64,000 bases of DNA, taken from Clostridia bacterium (lineage in GTDB: Bacteria > Bacillota > Clostridia > Oscillospirales > CAG-272). The notes under the pieces are model-generated. The model made no database searches, was not told the origin of the DNA, and saw nothing but the letters and a program-made list of their open reading frames with translations. The translations under genes and the position numbers were made by a program. Positions 18,214 to 31,539 of the stretch are shown in pieces; position 1 is the first letter of the stretch; each line of letters begins with the position of its first letter. The DNA lies in the NCBI GenBank assembly GCA_017453325.1, contig JAFTKK010000084.1:2204-66203 (forward strand), given 5' to 3'.

Positions 18214-19836
18214 TTATTGATGTGGGGGAGGTGCAAAGCGCGCCATGATGGCCAACGCTGTTTTCAAGCCATCCAGCGCCGCACTGGTAATGCCGCCGGC
18301 ATAGCCTGCACCCTCTCCCGTGGGATACAGACGATCGTGCAGCGGGGCTGTGCGCGCCTCCCCGCGCAAAATGCGCAAGGGGGACGATGTGCGGGTCTCC
18401 ACACCGGTCAGGATCGCGTCACCGACGGCATAGCCCGCTATTTTTTGATCAAAAGCGCACAATCCGCGCGCAAGTGTTTTCGTAATGAAAGGCGGCAGCA
18501 CCGTGCCGAGGTCTGCCTCGCGCACGCGACCGCCTCCATACGTGGGCAGCACGCGCGAGGGCGAGGTGCCGCGATAACCGTCAAGAAAATCTCCCACGGT
18601 CTCGATCGGTGCCACGTAATCGCCTCCGCCTGCACGGTAAGCAGCGCGCTCCAGCTCGCGCTGAAAGGATAAGGCACCCTCAATACGGCCGCCGACATCG
18701 GCAGGATCAACCGAGACAAGCACGGCGGCATTGGAATTTTTGCCATCGCGCGCATGATAGCTCATGCCGTTGACAACAACGCCCCCCTCCTCGCTGGCAG
18801 CAGTTACAACCTCGCCGCCGGGACACATACAAAATGTATACACGCCGCGCTCGCCGGTCGTGTCGGACAACGCATATTCGGCAGGCCCCAGCGCGGGATG
18901 GCCTGCGTGCTCACCGTAAAGGGCGCGGTCAATATCCTCACGCAAATGCTCAATGCGCACACCCACCGAAAAGGGCTTCGGCTCTACGGCAAGGCCGTGC
19001 GCCATCACGGTCCGAAAGGTGTCGCGGGCGCTGTGACCGATGGCCAGCACCAGGGCAGAGGTCTCAAGCTCTCCTTTGTCGGTGCGGACACGGACAACAT
19101 CTCCGTATTCAGTAAAATCGTCCAATCGCGTGCGATACATCACACGGCCGCCAAGCGACGCAATACGCGACAGGATCGCATCTACAACATGGCGCAAAAC
19201 ATCGGTGCCGACATGGGGCTTGGCGCGCGTGAGGATCTCCTCGGGGGCACCGAAGGCCACCAAGCGGTCAAGCACGTAGTTGCAAAGCGGGTCGCCTACG
19301 CGCGTGACGAGCTTGCCGTCGGAAAAAGTGCCGGCGCCGCCTGCACCGAATTGAATATTGCTTTCGGGGTCCAGCACGCCGAAATCACGGAAGCGTGCCG
19401 TAGCGGCAGCGCGGGTTGCCACATCGTCTCCGCGATCGATGATCACGGGGGCATACCCTTGTTCCGCCAGCATCAATGCCGCAAACAAGCCCGCAGGTCC
19501 CATGCCCACCACCAAAGGCGGTGCTGCCAGCAGCTCCTCGCCGTACACGATCTCGGGCAAGGCGGGCTCAAAGGGGCGGATGCCAAGTGCGGCAAGGGTC
19601 TTTTCAGAAAAAAAGACGGGCTCCTCAGCCGTGACCAGCACCGAGCACACCTGTAAAATGCGCGGCTTTTTTCTGGCGTCAAAAGACTTTTTATAAAGGC
19701 GAAAATGAAGCGCGGCCGTTTTACACACGCGCTTCATTTTCTCTTTGGCTATGTGAATGATATCGGCCTCGGGCGCATCAAAGGGCGCGCGGATATCCGA
19801 CATCAAAAATGACGTTGCCGATCGATCCTGCTTCAT
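18214..19836 (-). CDS. FAD-dependent protein (COG2509-like NAD(FAD)-utilising dehydrogenase)
   Basis: 540 aa with the dinucleotide-binding motif VVGMGPAGLFAALMLAEQG. ATGA overlap with the upstream ybbR-like gene. Confidence 0.75.
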   Translation of the reverse strand: MKQDRSATSFLMSDIRAPFDAPEADIIHIAKEKMKRVCKTAALHFRLYKKSFDARKKPRILQVCSVLVTAEEPVFFSEKTLAALGIRPFEPALPEIVYGEELLAAPPLVVGMGPAGLFAALMLAEQGYAPVIIDRGDDVATRAAATARFRDFGVLDPESNIQFGAGGAGTFSDGKLVTRVGDPLCNYVLDRLVAFGAPEEILTRAKPHVGTDVLRHVVDAILSRIASLGGRVMYRTRLDDFTEYGDVVRVRTDKGELETSALVLAIGHSARDTFRTVMAHGLAVEPKPFSVGVRIEHLREDIDRALYGEHAGHPALGPAEYALSDTTGERGVYTFCMCPGGEVVTAASEEGGVVVNGMSYHARDGKNSNAAVLVSVDPADVGGRIEGALSFQRELERAAYRAGGGDYVAPIETVGDFLDGYRGTSPSRVLPTYGGGRVREADLGTVLPPFITKTLARGLCAFDQKIAGYAVGDAILTGVETRTSSPLRILRGEARTAPLHDRLYPTGEGAGYAGGITSAALDGLKTALAIMARFAPPPHQ

Positions 19837-20225
19837 TTTTTCGAAACGGTAAGCGTGAGGTTGGGTACCTCGGTCAGAGAAAGGCCCTCGGGCAGGACAA
19901 GGTCTTCAAGCTGGATCACGTAAACGCCTTCCAAAACGGCGTCCTCGGGCACGAGCACCTCAATGCACTCTGCCTGCTTCAAGGCAGAGATTGCCCCACC
20001 CACCTCAAGTGCGGTATCGGACAGCACGTAGTTGCATTCCGCAGCGCCGCCCTTAATCTCAAGCGTCACGTAAGCGGTATCCTCTGCATTCATCACAAAA
20101 AGCCACACCACAAGGGAGAGCAGCAAACAAACGGCTGCGGCGACGATCAAAGAAAACCGGCTGCGGTGAGTGGCGTGTTGACCAACTTCGAGTCTCAGAT
20201 CTTCATTTTCATGTTTTCGATTCAT
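19833..20225 (-). CDS. short YbbR-like (CdaR-like) membrane-anchored protein
   Basis: 130 aa with one N-terminal TM helix and a single beta-rich domain. It follows cdaA directly. The assignment rests mainly on synteny. Confidence 0.55.
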   Translation of the reverse strand: MNRKHENEDLRLEVGQHATHRSRFSLIVAAAVCLLLSLVVWLFVMNAEDTAYVTLEIKGGAAECNYVLSDTALEVGGAISALKQAECIEVLVPEDAVLEGVYVIQLEDLVLPEGLSLTEVPNLTLTVSKK

Positions 20226-20237
20226 GGTGCACCTCCC

Positions 20238-21068
20238 TTAGTTTTCTTTCTGTTCCTGGCGGCGCATCAGCTCAAAGAGCTTGCGGCGCAGGGATGCGGC
20301 GGAAAACTCGCGGAACAGTTCACCCATATAGGCAACAGAGATCGTTCCCGTTTCCTCGGAAACCACCACGATGATCGCATCGCTTTGCTCCGACAGGCCA
20401 ATGGCCGCGCGGTGGCGCGTGCCGAGCCCCTTGAAGATGTCATGACGCTCGGACAGCGGCAAATAGCAGCCTGCAGCCAGCAGACGGCCGTTGCGGATCA
20501 CGACCGCACCGTCATGCAAGGGCGCTTTGTTGACAAACAGCGCACAGAGCAGCTCGGGGGAAAGATCGGCATTGACAATGGTGCCCGTGGAGATATATTC
20601 ACCGATCTTGGTGGAGCGCTCGATGACAATGAGCGCGCCCGTTTTGGAGAGCGACATGTTGTGTGCCGCCTCTACCACAGTACCCACAAATGCCTTGGAG
20701 GCTGCAAGATCGCGGCTCTCGGAGGCAATGGTCTTAAGCCCGTTGAAGGGCACCGAACCGATGCGCTCCATAGCTGCACGCAGCTCGGGCTGGAAAATGA
20801 TGGCCAGCACAATAAGGCCGTAGGAAAAGAAGCTATCAAAAATAAAGCGAATGGCATACATATCCAGTATCTCGCTGATCACAAAGATCGCAACGATAAT
20901 GGCAACACCCGTCAAAAGCTTACCCGCGCGGCGATCGCGCACAAACAAATAAAGCGCGAAGAAAAGGGCCGCCAAACAAAAAATATCTAATATATCTCGC
21001 CAGCCAAACGTGCTGAACGGTTCCGAAAAAAAGCTACCGGAAAACAGCTTTGTCATCATTTCCTTCAT
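20238..21068 (-). CDS. cdaA: diadenylate cyclase CdaA
   Basis: Three N-terminal TM helices plus a DAC domain (GALIVIER, HDGAVVI, GTRHRAAIG, VVSEETG). Confidence 0.93.
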   Translation of the reverse strand: MKEMMTKLFSGSFFSEPFSTFGWRDILDIFCLAALFFALYLFVRDRRAGKLLTGVAIIVAIFVISEILDMYAIRFIFDSFFSYGLIVLAIIFQPELRAAMERIGSVPFNGLKTIASESRDLAASKAFVGTVVEAAHNMSLSKTGALIVIERSTKIGEYISTGTIVNADLSPELLCALFVNKAPLHDGAVVIRNGRLLAAGCYLPLSERHDIFKGLGTRHRAAIGLSEQSDAIIVVVSEETGTISVAYMGELFREFSAASLRRKLFELMRRQEQKEN

Positions 21069-21310
21069 TGCATACCGCCTCTATGTATTGGCGCCGCGTG
21101 GCGGCACCGTCTTACGGGAGCATTCCCGAAACGTGAAAACCTATTGCGTGCGCTCATGCGCACGCGTCTCTTATAAATTTTATTATAGCACGACATTATT
21201 TAAAATGCAAACGTTTTTGCAATATTTTTTTACCATTTTGTAACTTTTTTTGAAAATTTTTCGCGCAGCGGGAATTTTTTGTTCGTATGCGCGCTTTTTT
21301 TCAAAAAATA

Positions 21311-21319
21311 TGGTATACT
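21311..21319 (+). promoter_or_regulatory. extended -10 promoter element (TGGTATACT) for the alcohol dehydrogenase gene
   Basis: TGnTATACT lies about 30 nt upstream of the GGAGGTG RBS. There is no good -35 element. Confidence 0.4.
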
Positions 21320-21349
21320 GAAGCTATCACGTAACGGAGGTGCAATACC

Positions 21350-22465
21350 GTGCTACAAGCCGACTTCTATATGCCCACACGCCTTTTTTTCGGAGAAAAT
21401 GCCCTGCAGCGTTGCCGCGAGATGATTCTGCGTGCAGGCCGCCACGCTTTTGTGGTCACCGGCAAGAACAGCGCCAAAAAATCGGGCGCTCTTGACGACG
21501 TCACCACCCTGCTCACGGAAGCCGGAATCTCTTTTACGGTCTTTGATGGCGTAACCGAAAATCCGCCGCTGCTCACCTGCTACGAGGCCGGCAAGCTGGC
21601 CGCCAAAGACGGCTGCGACTTCGTCATCGGCATCGGCGGCGGTTCGCCGTTGGATGCAGCAAAGGCCATTGCAGCCTTCGCCGCCAATCCCGACCTTGCC
21701 CCCGCAGAAATCTACGACGATAGCCTGCGCACACGCCCTACCCTGCCGATCTTTGCCGTGCCTACCACGGCGGGCACGGGCAGCGAGGTCAATAATTACA
21801 GCGTGCTCACGCTGGAGGGCGGAAGGCAGAAAAAGACCTTCAAGGCCGCCGACTCCTGGCCGACGGCAGCCATCGTTGACCCGCGTTACACCGCCACCAT
21901 GTCGAACGAAACTACGCTTTCTACCGCGCTGGATGCCTTTGCGCACGCTATGGAATCCTACCTTTCTCCAAAATCCACCGTCTTTTCGGAAAAGGCCGCC
22001 GTATTTGCCGCTACCGAAATTTTTGACGTGATCTCCGCCATGCCTGCTGCTTACGATGCCGATATGCGCACACGCCTTTCTCTTGCCGCAACCGCCGCCG
22101 GAATGGCCATCAGCGTGACGGGAACAGGCTTCCCGCACCCCCTCGGATATAGCATCACGCTGCTTGACGGTATCCCCCACGGTCGCGCCTGTGCCGCATT
22201 TGCGGGTGACTACATCACTTATAACGAAAAATGCGAAAACGGCCGCCAACGGGTCGCGGAATTTGCCGCAGCAATCGGCACAAAGCCTGCCGTTCTCAAG
22301 GCATTTTTGCCGGGTGTTGCCGCCGTGGAGCTCGCGTTTTCCGAGGATGAGATTGCCGAGCGCGTGGAGCTGATTGCGGGTGCCAAAAACCATGTCAACA
22401 GCCCATACGTTCTTTCAAAAGAGGAAATTTACGACATCTATCGCGCACATTTCCTCAAAAAATAA
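21350..22465 (+). CDS. iron-containing (group III) alcohol dehydrogenase
   Basis: 371 aa. GTG start lies 7 nt after GGAGGTG. Motifs GIGGGSPLDAAKAIA and AVPTTAGTGSE are present. Confidence 0.85.
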   Translation: MLQADFYMPTRLFFGENALQRCREMILRAGRHAFVVTGKNSAKKSGALDDVTTLLTEAGISFTVFDGVTENPPLLTCYEAGKLAAKDGCDFVIGIGGGSPLDAAKAIAAFAANPDLAPAEIYDDSLRTRPTLPIFAVPTTAGTGSEVNNYSVLTLEGGRQKKTFKAADSWPTAAIVDPRYTATMSNETTLSTALDAFAHAMESYLSPKSTVFSEKAAVFAATEIFDVISAMPAAYDADMRTRLSLAATAAGMAISVTGTGFPHPLGYSITLLDGIPHGRACAAFAGDYITYNEKCENGRQRVAEFAAAIGTKPAVLKAFLPGVAAVELAFSEDEIAERVELIAGAKNHVNSPYVLSKEEIYDIYRAHFLKK

Positions 22466-22479
22466 TTCCGAAATCAGAA

Positions 22480-22513
22480 CCCCGTCGCTGCATTGCAGCG
22501 ACGGGGTATTTTG
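22480..22513 (+). terminator. intrinsic terminator
   Basis: 11-12 bp perfect stem CCCCGTCGCTG(C) / (G)CAGCGACGGGG followed by TATTTT. Confidence 0.8.
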
Positions 22514-22761
22514 TTACTAAGAGGCATTTTGAGCTTACTCGTCTTCCTGCCCGGGCAAAAAATAGCACCAATAAGCTCACGAATTTTTGCTCATTATCAG
22601 CTTCCAAAGGGGAACATAATCCCATTTGCGAAAAGCGACTAATTTTTTCAAAATAGTTCAGCAAAAGCTTTTGAAGTGCTAAGAGAGAGCAGATTTGATG
22701 ATAGACTGCGTTATCTTGCAGCGAAGGCGTAGTAACTACGCCGAGTTTGCAAGAGAGCGCA

Positions 22762-22793
22762 GAAAAGCCCACGGATTTTTCCGTGGGCTTTGT
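22762..22793. terminator. intrinsic terminator (serves msmK-like gene on the minus strand; symmetric)
   Basis: Stem AAAGCCCACGGA / TCCGTGGGCTTT with A/T runs on both sides. Confidence 0.75.
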
Positions 22794-22814
22794 TCTATCG
22801 CAAATATGCCTCTC

Positions 22815-23978
22815 TTAGTGAACGATGCAGCGCTCGGTGTCCTTATCAAAGATATGTACACGAGATACATCGATGGCAATCTGAATCTTGTCACCGGCGC
22901 GGCTGGTGGAACGAGAGGAAACGCGCGCGGTAATCTTAGTGGGCTCCTTCGGAATGGACTTGTTGGAGCCATCCTCTACAACCTTATCAAAGCTGTTGAG
23001 GTAGAGATAGATCTCTGCGCCCATCAACTCGGTTACGTCAACGTCAACATCGATGCAGCTCTCGGGGAACATACCGAGGTGGCTGGGATCGTCGTGAATG
23101 CACTCGGGACGGATACCTGCAACGACCTCTTTGCCGATGTACTCATCGAGCTCGCCCTCTGCGTTCTTCTCTGCGGGAAGCTTGAGGGAGTTGCCGTCGA
23201 AGTTGAAGTAAAGATCCTTGGTGCCCTTAGGCTGAGTAAGAGTACCGTTGATGAAGTTCATCTGAGGGGTGCCGATAAAGCCTGCTACGAAGATGTTGCA
23301 GGGCATATCGTACAGGTGCTGAGGAGTATCGACCTGCTGAATGAGACCGTCCTTCATAACTACGATACGGGTTGCCATGGTCATAGCCTCGACCTGGTCG
23401 TGCGTTACGTAGATGAAGGTGGTGCCAACGCTCTTGTGAAGCTTGGTAAGCTCGGTTCTCATGGTTGCACGGAGCTTTGCGTCCAAGTTGGAAAGCGGCT
23501 CGTCAAGCAGGAATACCATGGGGTTACGCACGATAGCACGGCCAAGAGCTACACGCTGCTTCTGACCGCCGGACAGAGCCTTGGGCTTACGGTCAAGGAG
23601 GTGAGTGATATCAAGGATACGAGCAGCCTCCTCTACGCGGCGCTTGATCTCTTCCTTGGGGGTCTTATTCAGCTTCAAGCCAAATGCCATGTTATCGAAC
23701 ACGGTCATGTGGGGATACAGAGCGTAGTTCTGGAACACCATCGCGATGTCGCGGTCCTTAGGAGCTACGTCGTTTACGAGACGGTCGCCGATGAAAAGCT
23801 CACCCTCGGTGATCTCCTCAAGGCCCGCGATCATACGGAGCGTAGTGGTCTTACCGCAACCGGAAGGACCGACGAATACGATAAACTCCTTATCCTTGAT
23901 CTCGAGGTTGAAATCGGAAACTGCGGTAACGCCGCCGGGGTACTTTTTGTAAATGTGTCTCAGGGACAAGCTTGCCAT
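22815..23978 (-). CDS. sugar ABC transporter ATP-binding protein (MsmK/UgpC/MalK family)
   Basis: ATG 23978 ([13 protein letters not shown]) follows an AGGAGGA RBS. Walker [10 protein letters not shown] and signature [10 protein letters not shown] are present, plus a MalK-type C-terminal regulatory domain. No permease genes lie adjacent. Confidence 0.88.
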   Translation of the reverse strand: MASLSLRHIYKKYPGGVTAVSDFNLEIKDKEFIVFVGPSGCGKTTTLRMIAGLEEITEGELFIGDRLVNDVAPKDRDIAMVFQNYALYPHMTVFDNMAFGLKLNKTPKEEIKRRVEEAARILDITHLLDRKPKALSGGQKQRVALGRAIVRNPMVFLLDEPLSNLDAKLRATMRTELTKLHKSVGTTFIYVTHDQVEAMTMATRIVVMKDGLIQQVDTPQHLYDMPCNIFVAGFIGTPQMNFINGTLTQPKGTKDLYFNFDGNSLKLPAEKNAEGELDEYIGKEVVAGIRPECIHDDPSHLGMFPESCIDVDVDVTELMGAEIYLYLNSFDKVVEDGSNKSIPKEPTKITARVSSRSTSRAGDKIQIAIDVSRVHIFDKDTERCIVH

Positions 23979-24251
23979 GATAAATCCTCCTGTTCGGGGG
24001 CAAAAATGCCCCAAACGTATATTTCTAATCGAGTATTATTATATCAAATTTCCCGTCAAATGGGAAGATGGTAAAACCACGAAAAATAGTTGTTTCGTTT
24101 ATGCAAGGTGCACAATTAAAATCTTTTTCTTTTCACCATTTGCACACCTTGCACTTGCGTTTTGGCAAAAACCGTTCATTTATGAACAAACGCCTGCAAA
24201 TTCGGCGCAAAACGAACCGTTTTCGACATCTGTTCGCACGAGAGAGAGGTC

Positions 24252-26411
24252 TTAGTTCTCGCCCTTCATCGTCTTCATCGAAAGCGCAATGCGCTTCTTG
24301 GCCACGTCAACCGAGAGCACGCGCACACGCACGATATCGCCCACCGAAACCACGTCGCGGGGATGCTTGACAAACTTGTCGGAAAGCTCGGAAATATGCA
24401 CAAGTCCATCCTGATGCACGCCGATGTCAACAAAGGCACCAAAGTCGATCACGTTACGCACGGTGCCGGAAAGCACCTGCCCCGGCTTGAGGTCGGTCAT
24501 TTCCAACACATCCTCGGAAAGCAACGGCGGTGCAAAATCGTCACGCAGGTCGCGCCCGGGCTTTTCGAGCTCCGCAGCAATATCCACGAGCGTGGGCTCA
24601 CCGATGCCGAGCTCGGCAGCCAGCTTTTTCGTGCCCTCCTTGGCGATCTGCTTGGAAATGCCGGCAAGCTTGCCTTCTCTGACGTCATCCTCCGTATAGC
24701 CGAAGCGCGCGAGCAGCGCATGTGCGGCAGCATAGCTTTCGGGGTGAACGCCTGTGTTATCAAGCACCTCGCGAGAGCCGGGCACACGCAAAAAGCCCGC
24801 GCATTGCTCAAAGGCCTTGGCGCCGATACGGGGCACCTTCAGCACCTCGGCACGGCTTTCAAATTCACCGTTTTCCTCACGGTATTTGACAATGTTTTTG
24901 GCACTCACCGCATTCACGCCGGAAATATAGGAAAGCAAGGAATGCGAGGCGGTGTTGAGGTCAACGCCGACACGGTTTACGCAATCCTCCACAACGCCCG
25001 AAAGCGCCTCGTCAAGGCGGGCGGGCTTCATGTCGTGCTGATACTGCCCCACGCCAATAGCCTTGGGATCAATCTTTACAAGCTCCGCCAAGGGATCCTG
25101 CAAGCGGCGCGCGATCGAAACAGCCGAGCGCTGCATGACGTCAAATTCCGGGAACTCGTCGGCGGCGAGCTTGGAGGCCGAGTAGACCGATGCGCCCGAT
25201 TCGCTCACGATGATATATTTGGTCTTGACACTCATTTCACGCAGCAGGGCTGCCACGAATTTCTCACTCTCGCGAGAAGCGGTGCCGTTGCCGATGGCAA
25301 TCACGTCAACACCCCATTTTACGATCAGACGCTTCATGATATCCTTGGCCTGATTTTCGCGGTGAAGATAGATCACAGCAGTATCGAGCACCTTGCCCGT
25401 CTTGTCGCACACGGCAAGCTTGCAGCCGTGGGCATAGCCGGGGTCAAAGCCAAGCACGGTCTTGCCCTTGATGGGAGCTTGCATCAAAAGGTGCTGCAAA
25501 TTGTCGGAAAAGAGCACGATGGCACCCTCGCTTGCAGCATCGAAAAGGTCGTTTCTGATCTCGCGCTCAACGGAGGGCGCGATCAGACGCTCATAGCTGT
25601 CGGTCACAGCCGCGCTGACATACTTTTTGGCAGGGCTCTCCCCCGTTTTTACCACGAGACTAAAAAGATAATTCAGTACGATATCGGTGGGAACGGTGAC
25701 GCTGACCTTCAAAAACTCTTCCTTTTCACCGCGGTTGATGGCCAGCACACGGTGTCCGGGAATCTTTTTGATGGGCTCGCTATGCTCGTAATACTGCTCA
25801 TATACCGAGGGCTCGTCCTTGGCCTTTTTGGTCTCGATCACACCGTGCGCAACGGTAAGATTGCGAATACCTTTGCGGTATGCGGCGTTGTCGGAAATAT
25901 CCTCGGCGATGATATCCATCGCACCGGCAAAGGCCTCCTCGGGCGTGTTAACACCCTTTTCCGGGTCCACCAAAGCAGCAGCCTGCTCGTCAAGGGTGGG
26001 CTCGTAGACCGCTTTCTGCGCCATCAAGGCCTCAGCCAAGGGCTCAAGACCCTTTTCACGTGCCACCGAGGCGCGCGTTTTGCGCTTGGGGCGGAAGGGA
26101 CGGTAGATATCGTCGATCTCGGTGATGGTGACGGCATTGTCGATCGCACGCTCGATCTCGGGCGTCAGCTTTTCCTGCGCGGCAATCAGGTTCTTGACCT
26201 CGGCGCGACGCGCCTCGATATTGCGCAAGTATTTGAGACGCTCCTCTAACTTACGCAGCTGCGTATCGTCAAGCGAGCCCGTGACCTCCTTGCGGTAACG
26301 GGAGATAAAGGGAATGGTATTCCCCTCGTCCATCAGAGCGACGGTTTTTTCTACCTGGTCGAGTGTGAGCGAAAGCTCTTTGGCAAGTGTTTCAAAAATC
26401 GTTTGAGCCAT
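24252..26411 (-). CDS. tex: Tex-like transcription accessory protein (S1 RNA-binding domain)
   Basis: 719 aa. N-terminus has NTIPFISRYRKEVTG. It has a YqgF-like and HhH middle region and a C-terminal S1 domain (GQVLSGTVRNVIDFGAFVDIG). Confidence 0.92.
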   Translation of the reverse strand: MAQTIFETLAKELSLTLDQVEKTVALMDEGNTIPFISRYRKEVTGSLDDTQLRKLEERLKYLRNIEARRAEVKNLIAAQEKLTPEIERAIDNAVTITEIDDIYRPFRPKRKTRASVAREKGLEPLAEALMAQKAVYEPTLDEQAAALVDPEKGVNTPEEAFAGAMDIIAEDISDNAAYRKGIRNLTVAHGVIETKKAKDEPSVYEQYYEHSEPIKKIPGHRVLAINRGEKEEFLKVSVTVPTDIVLNYLFSLVVKTGESPAKKYVSAAVTDSYERLIAPSVEREIRNDLFDAASEGAIVLFSDNLQHLLMQAPIKGKTVLGFDPGYAHGCKLAVCDKTGKVLDTAVIYLHRENQAKDIMKRLIVKWGVDVIAIGNGTASRESEKFVAALLREMSVKTKYIIVSESGASVYSASKLAADEFPEFDVMQRSAVSIARRLQDPLAELVKIDPKAIGVGQYQHDMKPARLDEALSGVVEDCVNRVGVDLNTASHSLLSYISGVNAVSAKNIVKYREENGEFESRAEVLKVPRIGAKAFEQCAGFLRVPGSREVLDNTGVHPESYAAAHALLARFGYTEDDVREGKLAGISKQIAKEGTKKLAAELGIGEPTLVDIAAELEKPGRDLRDDFAPPLLSEDVLEMTDLKPGQVLSGTVRNVIDFGAFVDIGVHQDGLVHISELSDKFVKHPRDVVSVGDIVRVRVLSVDVAKKRIALSMKTMKGEN

Positions 26412-26441
26412 ATATCGGGGTTCCTTTCAATAAATACAAAA

Positions 26442-27152
26442 CTATTCGGCGGCAGCCTGCAGGGCAGCCTCCTCCGCGGCGGTCAGCTCGCGCCATTCCC
26501 CGCGGGCAAGATCAGCGGGTAAGCTGAGTGGGCCGAAACTGATGCGCTCAAGATGCGTGATCTGATTATGCAGCGCCTGCATCATGCGCTTGATCTGGTG
26601 GTATTTTCCCTCAATCAGCGTAATGACGCCGGAATGCATATCCTCGTGCAGCGCAATATCTGCGGGCTTCGTCTCGTAGCCATCCTCCAGCACCAGGCCT
26701 GCGCGAAAGCGCTCGCATTCGGCGGCAGTCAGCGGAAATTTCACGCGAAAATAATAGCGCTTTGCCACGTGTCGGCGCGGTGAAAGCAAGCGGTGTGCAA
26801 GCTCTCCGTCATCGGTCAGGAGCATCAGCCCCAGCGTGTTTTTATCAAGCCTGCCGCACGGAAAAAGTCCGAGCGCGGTATATTTTTGCGGCAAAAGCTC
26901 CAAAACCGTGGGATCCTTACCGTCCTCGGTTGCGCTCACGTAGCCCTGCGGCTTGTTTAGCATAATGTAGTGATGTGCGCGGTAGGAAACGGGAGTGCCG
27001 CAATACACCACGGCATCGACCTGCGGATCGATCTGCATGGCTGCGTTTGTGGCAGGAACGCCATTCACCAGCACGCGACGGGCACGCACGGCGCGCGCCG
27101 CCTCGCTGCGCGTAGCGGTGGCGGTGACCGTTAAAAGCTTATCAAGACGCAC
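26442..27152 (-). CDS. RsuA/RluB-family rRNA pseudouridine synthase
   Basis: GTG 27152 (VRLDKLL, S4 domain) follows a GGGAGG RBS. The catalytic motif GRLDKNTLGL is present. Confidence 0.85.
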   Translation of the reverse strand: MRLDKLLTVTATATRSEAARAVRARRVLVNGVPATNAAMQIDPQVDAVVYCGTPVSYRAHHYIMLNKPQGYVSATEDGKDPTVLELLPQKYTALGLFPCGRLDKNTLGLMLLTDDGELAHRLLSPRRHVAKRYYFRVKFPLTAAECERFRAGLVLEDGYETKPADIALHEDMHSGVITLIEGKYHQIKRMMQALHNQITHLERISFGPLSLPADLARGEWRELTAAEEAALQAAAE

Positions 27153-27262
27153 CTCGGCTCCTCCCTTCACAAAACAAGCATACAAGGTATTTTACCATAT
27201 TTTTGCCATTTTGTAAAGAGAAAAAAGACGCAAAATTACAATTGAAATTTTCCCTTTTCGCA

Positions 27263-30441
<3,179 letters not shown>

Positions 30442-30443
30442 CC

Positions 30444-31475
30444 GTGAGAAAATATCTGCTGCCAAAAGAGGGAAACTTTTACAAGGCAAACCTACATTGC
30501 CACACCAACCTTTCCGATGGCAAAGAGACTCCCGAGGAGATCAAGGAGATCTATCAAAGCGGAGGCTACTCGGTCGTGGCCTACACCGACCACGACATTC
30601 TCATTCCCCATCCAAAGCTCTGTGACGACAGCTTCATCGCGCTCAACGCCTTTGAGGTGGAGCCCACCGAGCCCAAATCTCCCGGCAAGGAGCTTTACAA
30701 CCAGCGCAAGACCTGCCACATCTGCTGCATCGCGCTGGAGCAGGACAATATCACGCAGCCCTGCTGGCACCGCGAAAAATACCTGTTTGGCAACGCCGTC
30801 AATCACCGCGAGAAGGTAAAGTTTGACCAAACTCAGCCCGATTACGAGCGTAAATACAGCGGCGAGGCCATCTCGGAAATGATGCAGATCTACCGTGACA
30901 AGGGCTTTTTCGTCACCTATAACCACCCCACTTGGTCCTGCGAGGATTACAGTAATTACATGGGCTACCACGGCATGCACGCCTTTGAGATGTTTAACGG
31001 CGGCTGCCTTGCAAGCGGCTGGGAGGAATACAACCCGCGCGTATATGACGACATATTGCGCGCAGGCGAGCGCATTTATTGCATCGGCGCCGACGACAAT
31101 CACAACGGCTCCCCTCTCGACTCGCGACGCAGCGACTCCTTCGTTGCCTTTACCATGATCAAAGCAGACCGCCTTGCCTACCGCGATATCACCCAAGCGC
31201 TGGAGGCCGGCAATTTCTACGCCTCCGAGGCGCCCGAGATCACCGAGCTTTACTTTGAGGACGGACAGGTCACCGTCAAGTGCTCGGCTGCCGACCGCAT
31301 TCTGATGACAACGGGTATGCGCTACGCCAAGATCGCTTATGCCGAGGGAGACACGCCCTTGACCGAGGCGACCTTCCCCGTGGACGAAAATTGCATCTAT
31401 TTCCGTCTCACGGTAATAGACGAGCGTGGCAGACACGCCTGCACCAATGCGTATTTTTTGGATGAATTAAAATAA
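30444..31475 (+). CDS. PHP (polymerase/histidinol phosphatase) domain protein
   Basis: 343 aa. GTG start lies 2 nt after the lacZ stop. Metal-binding motifs NLHCHTNLSDG and YTDHD are present. Confidence 0.75.
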   Translation: MRKYLLPKEGNFYKANLHCHTNLSDGKETPEEIKEIYQSGGYSVVAYTDHDILIPHPKLCDDSFIALNAFEVEPTEPKSPGKELYNQRKTCHICCIALEQDNITQPCWHREKYLFGNAVNHREKVKFDQTQPDYERKYSGEAISEMMQIYRDKGFFVTYNHPTWSCEDYSNYMGYHGMHAFEMFNGGCLASGWEEYNPRVYDDILRAGERIYCIGADDNHNGSPLDSRRSDSFVAFTMIKADRLAYRDITQALEAGNFYASEAPEITELYFEDGQVTVKCSAADRILMTTGMRYAKIAYAEGDTPLTEATFPVDENCIYFRLTVIDERGRHACTNAYFLDELK

Positions 31476-31481
31476 GCGCTA

Positions 31482-31526
31482 AAAAAGGCTGCCTCAAATG
31501 CGTTTTGCATTTGAGGCAGCCTTTTT
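31482..31526. terminator. bidirectional intrinsic terminator
   Basis: Perfect 20-bp palindrome arms AAAAAGGCTGCCTCAAATGC / GCATTTGAGGCAGCCTTTTT. Confidence 0.85.
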
Positions 31527-31539
31527 ATTATGTTTTGTA

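Noticed and set aside
22455-22772. 105-aa minus-strand ORF in the adh/msmK spacer.
   Set aside because: It would have to read through the adh terminator hairpin. It has no RBS and atypical composition. The region is treated as non-coding (see finding).
24140-24230. Palindrome GTTCATTTATGAAC (24174-24187), direct repeat TTGCAC-n3-TTGCAC (24140-24154) and a cre-like TCGAAAACGGTTCG (24213-24226, minus-strand reading) between tex and the msmK-like gene.
   Set aside because: On the minus strand the palindrome is followed by GGTTTTT, so it is most simply the weak tex terminator. The cre-like site departs from the consensus at both ends. I cannot distinguish an operator from chance without a comparative alignment.
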